Origin: an uncultured Myxococcales bacterium
GTDB lineage: Bacteria > Myxococcota_A > Polyangia > Fen-1088
Length of the DNA: 64,000 bases
Reading direction: 5' to 3'
Assembly: GCA_964546845.1 (NCBI GenBank)
Contig: CAZJMY010000424.1
Coordinates: forward strand, 23,672 to 87,671
The notes beneath the pieces are model-generated. The model saw only the letters and a program-made list of their open reading frames with translations. It ran no database searches and was not told where the DNA came from. Both the position numbers and the translations under genes were made by a program. Shown here piece by piece: positions 55,757 to 64,000 of the stretch (positions are counted from its first letter, which is position 1; each line of letters begins with the position of its first letter).

Positions 55757-57275
55757 CGTTACCGAACAGGTTGTCGGGCGCCTCGAGCGGGCGCGTGCGG
55801 CCGCCGAAGGTCTGACAACCGAGCCGGTCGAGCGCGAGCGCGGCACCGTCGAGACCGTGGGTGCGGGGGTGGTCACCGTCTCCGGGCTCCCCAGCACGCG
55901 TCTCGATGAGATCCTCCGCCTGTCCGGCGACAGCTACGCGATGGCGGTCGTGCTCGACGTCGATCGAATCGGCGCCGTGCTCCTCGATCGCGCCGACACC
56001 GTCACCGCCGGCGGGGAGGTCAGCGGCACCGGCGAGGTCCTCCGGGTGCCGGTCGGCGAGGGGCTGCTCGGTCGGATCGTCGATCCGCTCGGCCGGCCGC
56101 TCGACGGCGGCCCTGCGATCGAGGCGGTCCGGCGCGATCCCATCGAGCGTCCGGCACCCACGATCATCGAGCGGGACCTCGTGACCGAGCCCTTGCACAC
56201 GGGCCTCTTGGTGGTCGATGCGATGATCCCCATCGGGCGCGGGCAACGCGAGCTCATCATCGGGGATCGGGTGACGGGCAAGACGCAGGTGGCGTTGGAC
56301 GCGGTGCTGGCGCAGCGAACGTCGGACGTGGTGTGCGTCTACGCCGCGGTAGGGCAGAAGGCATCCGCGATCGGACGTCTGATCGAGGAGGTCAAGGCCT
56401 CGGGACCGTTCGATCGCTGCATCTTCGTCGTGGCAGAGGCCGACGACCAGCCCGGCATGCAATGGATCGCTCCCTACGCCGCCTGCACGATGGCGGAGTA
56501 CTTCCGCGACCGCGGCGGCCACGCGCTGCTCATCATCGACGACCTGACGAAGCACGCGATCGTCCACCGCGAACTCTCGCTCTTGCTCCGGAACCCTCCC
56601 GGCCGTGAAGCCTACCCGGGCGACGTCTTCTATCTCCACGCGCGCCTACTCGAGCGCGCCGCCAAGCTGTCGAAGGAGAGGGGCGGCGGCTCGCTCACCG
56701 CGCTGCCGATCGCCGAGACGCAGGGCGGGAACATGAGCGCATACATTCCGACCAACCTCATTTCGATCACCGATGGGCAGATCTACCTCGAGACCAAGTT
56801 GTTTCACGAGGGACAGAAGCCGGCCGTCAATGTGGGCAAGAGCGTCAGTCGCGTGGGGGGTAAGACCCAGCCTCACGCTATTCGCTCCCTCGCCGGGAGC
56901 CTGCGCCTCGACTACGCGCAGTTCCTAGAGTTGGAGGTGTTCGCTCGATTCGGCCAGGTCCTCGACCCCCGAACCGAGCAGGCCCTCGACCGCGGGCGCC
57001 GGATCCGCGCGGCCCTCGAGCAGCCGCAGTCCGAGCCGCATGCGCTGGTGACTGAGGCGGCCATCCTCGTCGCGGTCCGGGAGGGGGTGCTCGACGGACT
57101 ACCTCTTCCCAAAGTGGCGCCCTTCATGCGAGCGCTGGGATCAGATCTGAGCACATGGGAGCCTGGCCTCGTCGAGCGCGTCGAGCACACGGGCCGCCTC
57201 GACGAGCCGGATCGCACCCGCATTGTCGACTGGCTCCGCCGGCGGGCGCAGGCAATTGCGAAGGGCGGAGGCTAG
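55749..57275 (+). CDS. atpA: ATP synthase alpha subunit
   Basis: The ATG at 55749 overlaps the atpF end. Walker A GDRVTGKTQVAL. Alpha-type core. Confidence 0.92.
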   Translation: MPSVTEQVVGRLERARAAAEGLTTEPVERERGTVETVGAGVVTVSGLPSTRLDEILRLSGDSYAMAVVLDVDRIGAVLLDRADTVTAGGEVSGTGEVLRVPVGEGLLGRIVDPLGRPLDGGPAIEAVRRDPIERPAPTIIERDLVTEPLHTGLLVVDAMIPIGRGQRELIIGDRVTGKTQVALDAVLAQRTSDVVCVYAAVGQKASAIGRLIEEVKASGPFDRCIFVVAEADDQPGMQWIAPYAACTMAEYFRDRGGHALLIIDDLTKHAIVHRELSLLLRNPPGREAYPGDVFYLHARLLERAAKLSKERGGGSLTALPIAETQGGNMSAYIPTNLISITDGQIYLETKLFHEGQKPAVNVGKSVSRVGGKTQPHAIRSLAGSLRLDYAQFLELEVFARFGQVLDPRTEQALDRGRRIRAALEQPQSEPHALVTEAAILVAVREGVLDGLPLPKVAPFMRALGSDLSTWEPGLVERVEHTGRLDEPDRTRIVDWLRRRAQAIAKGGG

Positions 57276-57277
57276 CG

Positions 57278-58132
57278 ATGGAGCGCGCGTCCGAGCTGCA
57301 AGGCCGAATCCACAACCTCGAAGAGCTGGGGGAGGTCGTTGGCGCGCTGCGCTCGGTGTCGGCGGCGCGTGTTCAGCAGGCGCACGGGATCCTCGATGCC
57401 GTTCGCCAATACACCTCGATAATCCAGGACGCGCTCGGTGAAGCGACCCGTGGTCCTTCGCTCCCGCCCCGCGCCGCTGAGGGTTTCGAGACGACAGGCC
57501 TCGTCGTCGCGTTCGGCTCGGAGCATGGTTTTGTCGGCGCCTTCAACGACCGCATCCTCGAGCACGCCGCGATCCAGCGCAGGCCCGGTGACGGCCTCCT
57601 GGTCGTCGGATCGCGGGCCGTGCTGGCCGCCAACGAACGTCGCGAGGTGATCGCCTGGAGCTGTCCCATGGCGTCCCAGGTCGGCGGGCTCGATGAGGTC
57701 GCGCTCCAGGTGGCGGAGGAGCTCGGGCGCAGCGGCGCAGAGCGCGAGCCAGGACGCGTGATTCTCGTCTATACCCGCAGCTCGGGCGGTCCAACCTGGC
57801 GAATCGTCACCGAGACCCTGCTTCCTGTCGACATTCGCGCCTATTCGCCGACTCGGCTGGATCGACCTATGGCGCTCTCGAACCTTCCGGCGCGGCTCCT
57901 GATAGACGGTCTGGTCGGCGAGCTGCTATTCGCCCAGCTCGCCCATGCCGCCACCGAGTCCTTCGCCAGCGAGAACGCCGCCCGGCTCGCCGCCATGGAG
58001 TCCGCGACCGACAACATCGAGGACAAGCTCGGTGGCCTCGGTCGTATCGAGCGCGAGCTTCGGCAGGAAGAGATCACTACCGAGCTGCTGGACATCGTAA
58101 CTGGAGCCGAGGCGATCGGCGAGGAGCACTGA
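57278..58132 (+). CDS. atpG: ATP synthase gamma subunit
   Basis: ATG at 57278, 2 nt after the atpA stop. N-terminal (RIHNLEELGEVVGALRSVSAARV) and C-terminal (QEEITTELLDIVTGAEA) coiled-coil helices. Confidence 0.85.
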   Translation: MERASELQGRIHNLEELGEVVGALRSVSAARVQQAHGILDAVRQYTSIIQDALGEATRGPSLPPRAAEGFETTGLVVAFGSEHGFVGAFNDRILEHAAIQRRPGDGLLVVGSRAVLAANERREVIAWSCPMASQVGGLDEVALQVAEELGRSGAEREPGRVILVYTRSSGGPTWRIVTETLLPVDIRAYSPTRLDRPMALSNLPARLLIDGLVGELLFAQLAHAATESFASENAARLAAMESATDNIEDKLGGLGRIERELRQEEITTELLDIVTGAEAIGEEH

Positions 58133-58133
58133 G

Positions 58134-59975
58134 ATGAAAGATCCCGTCTGTGGCATGCCTGTCGAACCGACGACGCCGTTCCGCGCCTCGTGGGAAGGCA
58201 GCGACTACTACTTCTGTTCGGCCCTGTGCCGGGAGGCTTTTCTCTCCCGACCGGGCGAAACGATCCCCCGCGAGCTTCCTTCGCCGGCCGCGGAGAACCG
58301 CGCCTCGAGGCGCGTCGCGTATCTGACCATGGAGATCGCCCTCGATTCCCGGATGGCGACTTACAGCGGGGGCCTCGGCGTCCTCGCGGGCGACACAGTC
58401 CGCGCCGCCGCCGATCTCGGCGTGCCCCTCGTGGCCGTCACGCTCCTCTATCGCGATGGCTATCTCGCGCAGTCAATCGATCCTGCTTCCGGCCAGCAGG
58501 AAACTCCCGAGCGCTGGCCCTTCGGAGAGTTTCTGCAACCGCTGGCAGAGACCGCCGAGGTCACGATCGACGGTCGCGCGGTCCGCGTGCGGGCGTGGCG
58601 GTACGATGTGGTCGGGGTCGCTGGGGCCAAGTGCCCCGTCCTGTTCCTCGATACCGAGCTTCCCGAGAACGATCCGCTCGATCGGGCGCTCTGCGGCCGG
58701 CTCTACTCGGGAGACGATCGGTACCGTCTGGCCCAGGAGGTGGTGTTGGGCGTCGGCTCGGTCCGCGTCCTGGATGCCCTGGGCTACTCCGGTATCGACC
58801 GCTATCACATGAACGAAGGCCACGCCGCGCTCGCGCCGCTCGAGCTGGCGCGTCGCCTGAATGCCGGGCGACCCGAGATGGAGTGGCGCTTCGATGACGT
58901 CCGCCGTCGCTCGGTCTTCACCACGCACACGCCCGTCGCGGCGGGCCACGACCACTTCTCACGGGAAATCGCGCAGCGCGTGCTCGGGGGAATGGTGCCA
59001 CCGCGGGTGTTGGAAATGCTGGGTGGCGACGGACAGCTCGACATGACCTCGTTGGCCCTGAATCTGTCGGGATACGTCAACGGCGTCGCACGCAAACACG
59101 CCGAGATCTCCCGCCAGATGCACCCCGGGTACGGCATCCATCACATCACGAACGGCGTCCACTCGAAGACCTGGACGGCGACCGCGTTTAGGGCGCTCTA
59201 CGATCGCCACCTGCCAGGCTGGGACGGCGACCCGTCGATGTTGCGGAACGCGATCGCCCTTCCGTCCGAGGAGGTGTGGCAGGCCCACCTGACCAGCAAG
59301 GCCGAGCTGATCGAGGTCGTTCGTCGGCTGACCGGCACGAATCTCGACGCGGGCGCGCTGACCATCGGGTTCGCGCGGCGAGCGACCCAGTATAAAAGGG
59401 CCGATCTGGTGTTCGACGATCTGCCGCGTCTTCGCGAGATCGCGCGGCGGCGGCCGGTCCAACTGGTCTTCGCGGGCAAAGCGCATCAACGCGACGACGA
59501 AGGGAAGCGTATCATCAGGCGCATTCTCGAGATCGGGCGCGAGCTGGGACGCGACGTGCCGGTCGTGTACCTGCCCAACTACGACACGGCGCTCGCGCGA
59601 GCCGTCGTCGCCGGGGTGGACGTCTGGCTCAACACGCCGCAAAGGCCCCTCGAGGCATCGGGCACGTCCGGAATGAAGGCTGCCCACAACGGCGTTCCGA
59701 GCCTGAGCGTGCTCGACGGCTGGTGGATCGAGGGCTGCGTCGAGGGTGTGACCGGCTGGGCGATTGGCGATCTCCGCCCACCCGGCGATCCGAACGAGGA
59801 TCGCCGGAGCGAGGCGCAGGATCTGCTGACGAAGCTCGACAGGCAGATCCTGCCCGCCTACTACGACGAACGGGAACGCTGGATCTCGATCATGCGCCAC
59901 GTGATCAGCCTGAACGCGTCGTTCTTCAACACGCACCGCATGGTCCAGCAGTACGTGACCAACGCCTATATCTGA
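58134..59975 (+). CDS. glgP: alpha-glucan phosphorylase (GlgP family) with N-terminal YHS/TRASH metal-binding domain
   Basis: N-terminus [10 protein letters not shown]...[12 protein letters not shown]. Core YLTMEIAL...[11 protein letters not shown]...LLYRDGY and PLP-Lys motif [14 protein letters not shown]. Starts 1 nt after the atpG stop. Confidence 0.87.
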   Translation: MKDPVCGMPVEPTTPFRASWEGSDYYFCSALCREAFLSRPGETIPRELPSPAAENRASRRVAYLTMEIALDSRMATYSGGLGVLAGDTVRAAADLGVPLVAVTLLYRDGYLAQSIDPASGQQETPERWPFGEFLQPLAETAEVTIDGRAVRVRAWRYDVVGVAGAKCPVLFLDTELPENDPLDRALCGRLYSGDDRYRLAQEVVLGVGSVRVLDALGYSGIDRYHMNEGHAALAPLELARRLNAGRPEMEWRFDDVRRRSVFTTHTPVAAGHDHFSREIAQRVLGGMVPPRVLEMLGGDGQLDMTSLALNLSGYVNGVARKHAEISRQMHPGYGIHHITNGVHSKTWTATAFRALYDRHLPGWDGDPSMLRNAIALPSEEVWQAHLTSKAELIEVVRRLTGTNLDAGALTIGFARRATQYKRADLVFDDLPRLREIARRRPVQLVFAGKAHQRDDEGKRIIRRILEIGRELGRDVPVVYLPNYDTALARAVVAGVDVWLNTPQRPLEASGTSGMKAAHNGVPSLSVLDGWWIEGCVEGVTGWAIGDLRPPGDPNEDRRSEAQDLLTKLDRQILPAYYDERERWISIMRHVISLNASFFNTHRMVQQYVTNAYI

Positions 59976-59990
59976 ATGCTCAACGCAGGT

Positions 59991-60356
59991 TCACTCGACC
60001 ATGATCGCGCCGCCGTGCATCTTCATGCTGCACGCGAAGCCGCGCTCGCCCGATTTGGCGAACGTGACCGCCACCTCCACCGGCTGATTGAGCGGGAGCT
60101 TCCGGGACACAGTCTTGTCGTCGTCGAGATAGATGACGACGTCCTTCGCGCAGGTGTGGTCCGTACGCCGCGTGAACACAAGCGTTACCGGCTCACCCTT
60201 CTTGACCGCAAGCCGCTTCGGCGAGAAGCCCTCCTCGGTCACGCTGATCTCGATCCGTCTCGCCGCCTTGTCCCCCCCGAGGAGCGCGCCGCTCCGGAGA
60301 GAATAGGCCGCAGCCAGGAGCAGGACGAAGACGCGGGCGTAAGCGTGAGTTCTCAT
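59991..60356 (-). CDS. cupredoxin-like periplasmic protein (paralogue of 15347..15817)
   Basis: ATG at 60356. 121 aa with signal peptide. [35 protein letters not shown]...[11 protein letters not shown]. The 464-aa track ORF is an extension. Confidence 0.7.
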   Translation of the reverse strand: MRTHAYARVFVLLLAAAYSLRSGALLGGDKAARRIEISVTEEGFSPKRLAVKKGEPVTLVFTRRTDHTCAKDVVIYLDDDKTVSRKLPLNQPVEVAVTFAKSGERGFACSMKMHGGAIMVE

Positions 60357-60476
60357 GTCGGCCTCCCGCGCGATTGTGGATCGAAACGGGAGTGGTGTCT
60401 GCCACGAGCGGTCGCCTGTGACTCCAACGGTTACATTGTCCTTCCAAAACGACCTCCGTAGACTGCTTGGCCTGCA

Positions 60477-60959
60477 ATGACGACGACCACCCGCTTCGGG
60501 ATGTTGACCGAGCACCTTCACCGTGGGCCCCTGTGGCTCGCGCTCTGCCTTGCGAGGCCTGGCGCGGCTCTCGGCCACCTTGGGCACTCGCACGCGCCGC
60601 TGATCAAACGCACGGCCGAAGAGATCGCGGCATTCAAGGCAGCCGAGCCCGTGTTCGCGCAATACTGCTATCGATGCCACACCCACTCCGGCAAGAAATC
60701 GAAACCCAAGGCGCTCGCTCACCTCGACATGGATCAGTACCCATTCGGCGGCCATCACGCAGGCGAGGCGGCCGCCGTCATCCGGAAGGTCTTGGGCGCG
60801 ACCGGCGTGAAGGCCACGATGCCCTCCGACGATCCGGGCGCCGTCTCCGGCGACGCGCTCGCGAAGATTCTCGCCTGGGCAGACGCCTTCGATCGCGCCC
60901 ACCCGAGCGACGCCCCCGCGAAGCCGACCCATCGCCACAGCCATGAGGATTTGAAGTGA
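60477..60959 (+). CDS. c-type cytochrome-like protein (PSCyt1-like CxxCH domain) with His-rich C-terminus
   Basis: EPVFAQYCYRCHTHSGKKSKPKALAHLDMD ... ATMPSDDPGAVSGDALAKILAWADA. C-terminus HRHSHEDLK. Confidence 0.55.
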   Translation: MTTTTRFGMLTEHLHRGPLWLALCLARPGAALGHLGHSHAPLIKRTAEEIAAFKAAEPVFAQYCYRCHTHSGKKSKPKALAHLDMDQYPFGGHHAGEAAAVIRKVLGATGVKATMPSDDPGAVSGDALAKILAWADAFDRAHPSDAPAKPTHRHSHEDLK

Positions 60960-61381
60960 GCCGTGCGCCGGGCACCTTCGTGGTGGGCTTGGCTCTGGCG
61001 ATGAGCTGCGCCTCGCAGCCGCCGCCGCGCCCCGTGGCGGTCGACCCCTCGAACCCATCCGCGCCGGAGGCGCCGCCCCTCGAGACGTCGAACGTACTCG
61101 CCCCCGTGCCATCACCGACGCCGGAGGCCCATCCTGCGCAGCCCGACGGTGCAGCTGCTGGGTTGCCGGCGCCGATGCCCGAGCACCATCACGGCGCCAC
61201 GGCGAGGGAGGCTGGCGGCGGAGACCATCAGATGGAAGCGCCTCGGGCCCCTGCCTCCGAGTCTCCCGCAACCGTCTACACGTGCCCCATGCATCCCGAG
61301 GTGATTTCGGCCGAGCCCGGCTCGTGCCCGAAGTGCGGGATGAAGCTCGTCCCGAAGCGAGCGACCGAGGGCAAACAGTGA
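60956..61381 (+). CDS. lipoprotein with Pro-rich linker, His cluster and C-terminal HMBD module
   Basis: GTGA overlap. Lipobox-like LALAMSC. PEHHHG. YTCPMHPEVISAEPGSCPKCGMKLVPK. Confidence 0.65.
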   Translation: MSRAPGTFVVGLALAMSCASQPPPRPVAVDPSNPSAPEAPPLETSNVLAPVPSPTPEAHPAQPDGAAAGLPAPMPEHHHGATAREAGGGDHQMEAPRAPASESPATVYTCPMHPEVISAEPGSCPKCGMKLVPKRATEGKQ

Positions 61382-62787
61382 CCAAGGCGCGCGCGTTCGC
61401 GCTCGCCGCGCTCGTCGGTGCCGGTTGTGCGAGCGTTTCGCCCGAGCGGGGTCATGACCGGGTCTCGGCGATCGTCGGCGAGCGCACGGGCCATAAGACC
61501 CGATGGGAGAAGGGGCCTCCCGATGATGCTCGGATCGCCGACTGGGTGCGCGACCTCGCCTCCAAGGGGCTGACCCGCGCGCGCGCCGTCGAGATCGCGT
61601 TGGTGAACAACCCGGGCCTTCAGGTCACGTACGAAGAGCTGGGAGTTTCGCAGGCCGACATGGTGCAAGCCGGTCTCCTGCGGAACCCGACCTTCGGCGC
61701 CGAGCTCGGGTTTCGGCTCAACAACGGCGCCAACGACGAGCTCCGCCTCTCGCTGGTCCAGGACTTCCTCGACCTCTTCGTCCTGCCGCTTCGCAAGGAG
61801 ATCGCCGGAGAGCAGTTCGAGGCCGACACCTTGAACGTGGCCAGCCGAGCGCTGGAAGTGGCGGCCGACGTAGAGAAAGCTGTCATCGCTGTCCAAGCGA
61901 GCGTCGAATTGGTCGCGTTTCGGCGAACCGTCGTCGACGCCGCCGCCGCGACCGCCGATCTGGCGGAGCGCCAGCTCCAGGCCGGGAACATCAGCGAGCT
62001 CGAGCGAGCGACGCAATCCGCGACCTGGCAGCAGGCCAAGCTGGATCTGGCGCGGGACGAGGTCGAGCTACTCGAAGGGCGCGAGCGCATCAACCGCCTT
62101 CTTGGGCTATGGGGCGAGACCACCCGATGGCGCTTCGCCGAGTCGCTCTCTCCCCTCCCGGCGGCCGATCCGAAGCTCGACTACCTCGAATCCTTCGCGA
62201 TGCGCCAGCGGCTCGACGTCGCTGTGGCCAGCCGGCGCGTGGCGCTGCTTTCGAAAGCGGTCGGCCTCGCGCGCAGCACCCGTCTGGTCGGCCGCCTCGA
62301 CGTGGGTGTGGACATGCACCATGACCCGAACGGCCCGCGACTGCTTGGACCGAACCTGGTCATCGAGCTCCCGATTTTCGACCAGAGGCAGGCGGTCATC
62401 GCTCGGCTCGAGGCGCAACGACGGGAGCAGCAGCGGAGGCTCGACGAGGTCGCCGTCGACGCCCGTTCGGAGGTCAGGCTGGCGGCCGTAAAGCTGCAGG
62501 CCGCCCGGCAGACCGCCGCTCACTACCGTGACGTGCTCGTCCCGTTGCGACAGACCATCTCCGAGCAGGCGCTCCTGCACTACAACGGGATGTTCATCAG
62601 CGTCTTCCAGCTCCTCGCCGCGAAGCAAGGCGAGGTCGACGCGCGCCGCGGGTACCTCGAGGCGCTGCGAGACTACTGGAGCTCTCGGGCCGAGCTGGCG
62701 CGAGCGGTAGGTGGAGCCCTCCCGCCGGCAGAGCGCACCGCGCCCACGAAGAGCGATCAGGAAGGACAGCGTCACGATGGACCGTGA
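61378..62787 (+). CDS. outer membrane factor lipoprotein (NodT/TolC-like)
   Basis: GTG start in a GTGA overlap. Lipobox LVGAGC. OMF repeat architecture. Confidence 0.85.
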   Translation: MTKARAFALAALVGAGCASVSPERGHDRVSAIVGERTGHKTRWEKGPPDDARIADWVRDLASKGLTRARAVEIALVNNPGLQVTYEELGVSQADMVQAGLLRNPTFGAELGFRLNNGANDELRLSLVQDFLDLFVLPLRKEIAGEQFEADTLNVASRALEVAADVEKAVIAVQASVELVAFRRTVVDAAAATADLAERQLQAGNISELERATQSATWQQAKLDLARDEVELLEGRERINRLLGLWGETTRWRFAESLSPLPAADPKLDYLESFAMRQRLDVAVASRRVALLSKAVGLARSTRLVGRLDVGVDMHHDPNGPRLLGPNLVIELPIFDQRQAVIARLEAQRREQQRRLDEVAVDARSEVRLAAVKLQAARQTAAHYRDVLVPLRQTISEQALLHYNGMFISVFQLLAAKQGEVDARRGYLEALRDYWSSRAELARAVGGALPPAERTAPTKSDQEGQRHDGP

Positions 62788-64000
62788 GAAGAAGAGCGAT
62801 CTGATGAGCCGCCGCGCGCTCCTGCTGGCCGGAGGCGCCGGCGGCACGGTGCTGGCGGCGGCCGGTGCGTCCCGGGCCGCCGAGGTGGCGGCCGCCGCCC
62901 ACCCGCATCCCGCACCGGGGACGCGCAATGCCTCCGCGCGGGCGCTTCCGCCGGGGCGACCAGGACACGATTACCTCCCCGTGACAGTTCCGAACGGCTC
63001 GAAGTTGCCCTGGAAGATCGTCGACGGCGTCAAGGTGTTTCACATGGTGGCCGAAGAGGTCGACCACGAGCTCGCCCCCGGGTTGAAGGTCCGGTGCTGG
63101 GGCTACAACGGCCGGGTTCACGGACCGGTCATCGAGGCGGTCGAATTCGATCGCGTGCGTATCTACGTCACGAACCGACTCGCGGCCCCGACGACCGTGC
63201 ACTGGCACGGGATCCTGCTGCCAAACGGGATGGACGGCGTTGGCGGGCTCACCCAGAAGGCGATTCAGCCCGGCGAGACGTTCAAGTACGAGTTCACGCT
63301 GCACCAGACGGGCACGGGGATGTACCACTCGCACCACGACGAGATGACCCAGATCGCGCTGGGGCTCACGGGCCTCATCGTCATCCATCCGCGCCACGCG
63401 CGCCGGCGCGTCGACCGGGACTTCGCCCTTCTGCTTCACGAATGGCGTATCGATCCAGGCGCCAAGCGCCCGAACCCGAACGAGATGACCGAGTTCAACA
63501 TGCTCACCATGAACGCCAAAGCCTTCCCCGGCACCGCGCCGCTCGTGGTCCGGACCGGCCAGCGTGTCCGGGTGCGCATCGGCAATCTATCTCCGATGGA
63601 TCACCACCCGATCCACCTCCACGGCTACCAGTTCCGGATCACCGAGACTGACGGCGGTGAGATCGCCGATTCGGCGCAATGGCCCGAGACGACGGTGCTG
63701 GTCCCCGTGGGCAGCACGCGGACGATCGAGCTCGTCGCCGACGAGCCCGGCGACTGGGCGATGCACTGCCACATGACCCACCACGTGATGAACCAGATGG
63801 GGCACGGCGTCCCCAATCTCATCGGCGTCGAGCCCGGAACGCTCGACGAGCACGTACGCAAGGTCGTTCCCGGTTACATGACCATGGGCCAGACGGGAAT
63901 GGCGGACATGGGCGACATGGGCATGCCGGTGCCCCCCAACAGCATCCCGATGCTCGGGGGCAAGGGAAAGCACGACACCATCACCATGGGTGGCATGTTT
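62777..64000 (+). CDS. multicopper oxidase (CopA/CueO-like), TAT signal, 3-prime partial
   Basis: Translated by hand; not in the ORF track because no stop occurs before the window end. MSRRALLLAGG twin-Arg signal. HWHG, YHSHH, HPIHLHG, HCHMTHH copper sites. Met-rich C-terminal region. Confidence 0.88.
   Translation, partial: MDREKKSDLMSRRALLLAGGAGGTVLAAAGASRAAEVAAAAHPHPAPGTRNASARALPPGRPGHDYLPVTVPNGSKLPWKIVDGVKVFHMVAEEVDHELAPGLKVRCWGYNGRVHGPVIEAVEFDRVRIYVTNRLAAPTTVHWHGILLPNGMDGVGGLTQKAIQPGETFKYEFTLHQTGTGMYHSHHDEMTQIALGLTGLIVIHPRHARRRVDRDFALLLHEWRIDPGAKRPNPNEMTEFNMLTMNAKAFPGTAPLVVRTGQRVRVRIGNLSPMDHHPIHLHGYQFRITETDGGEIADSAQWPETTVLVPVGSTRTIELVADEPGDWAMHCHMTHHVMNQMGHGVPNLIGVEPGTLDEHVRKVVPGYMTMGQTGMADMGDMGMPVPPNSIPMLGGKGKHDTITMGGMF

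Noticed and set aside
59991-61385. 464-aa track ORF on the - strand
   Set aside because: Only the last 121 aa (from ATG 60356) form the cupredoxin-like paralogue. The rest is Arg/Pro/Ala-rich antisense of three well-supported + strand genes.

Overview
64 kb of very GC-rich bacterial DNA (about 68-70% GC by eye, with GC3-saturated codons). Gene content and style fit a Myxococcota-like chromosome, but that is inference only. I call 67 protein-coding genes. I found no complete rRNA or tRNA, no CRISPR array and no transposase, IS element or integrase. All functional calls come from motif recognition by eye; no database search was possible.

Layout:
(i) 1-6.8 kb, + strand: a compact, translationally coupled virus-like module. 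It has an SLT lytic transglycosylase, several membrane-anchored small proteins, a coiled-coil protein, a protein with an internal tandem duplication, and two paralogous spike/fibre-like proteins. It ends next to a tRNA 3-prime-end-like fragment that could be an att remnant.
(ii) 7-25 kb, - strand: a CDF transporter and a CzcCBA-type HME-RND operon containing a metallothionein-like Cys-cluster protein. Next comes a CusCBA-type operon whose RND pump carries a ~118-aa Met/Gly/Ser-rich insertion and a ~88-aa C-terminal extension. This operon is flanked by cupredoxin-like and CcmH-like genes and by two families of repeated small unknown proteins.
(iii) 25-31.6 kb: a CorE-like Cys-rich ECF sigma factor, then a bufferin-type RiPP cluster (DUF2282 precursor, DUF692/MbnB-like, DUF2063) preceded by a porin and an animal-haem-peroxidase-family enzyme, then an orphan DNA methyltransferase.
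(iv) 31.7-41 kb: a TetR regulator, a P1B Cu-ATPase with a YHS + HMBD N-terminus, a DUF2933/ICMT pair, and a MacB-like ABC exporter with adaptor.
(v) 41-45 kb: a nuclease-like protein plus a P-loop ATPase (possible defence pair), tandem duplicated periplasmic helical proteins, and a Cys-less CsoR/RcnR-family regulator.
(vi) 45-60 kb, + strand: an almost gap-free array of cusC-cusB-cusA, a hypothetical gene, atpDCQRBEFAG (N-ATPase gene order) and a YHS::alpha-glucan phosphorylase fusion.
(vii) 60-64 kb: a cupredoxin-like protein, a CxxCH cytochrome-like protein, an HMBD lipoprotein, an OMF lipoprotein, and a TAT-signal multicopper oxidase that runs off the window and is absent from the ORF track.
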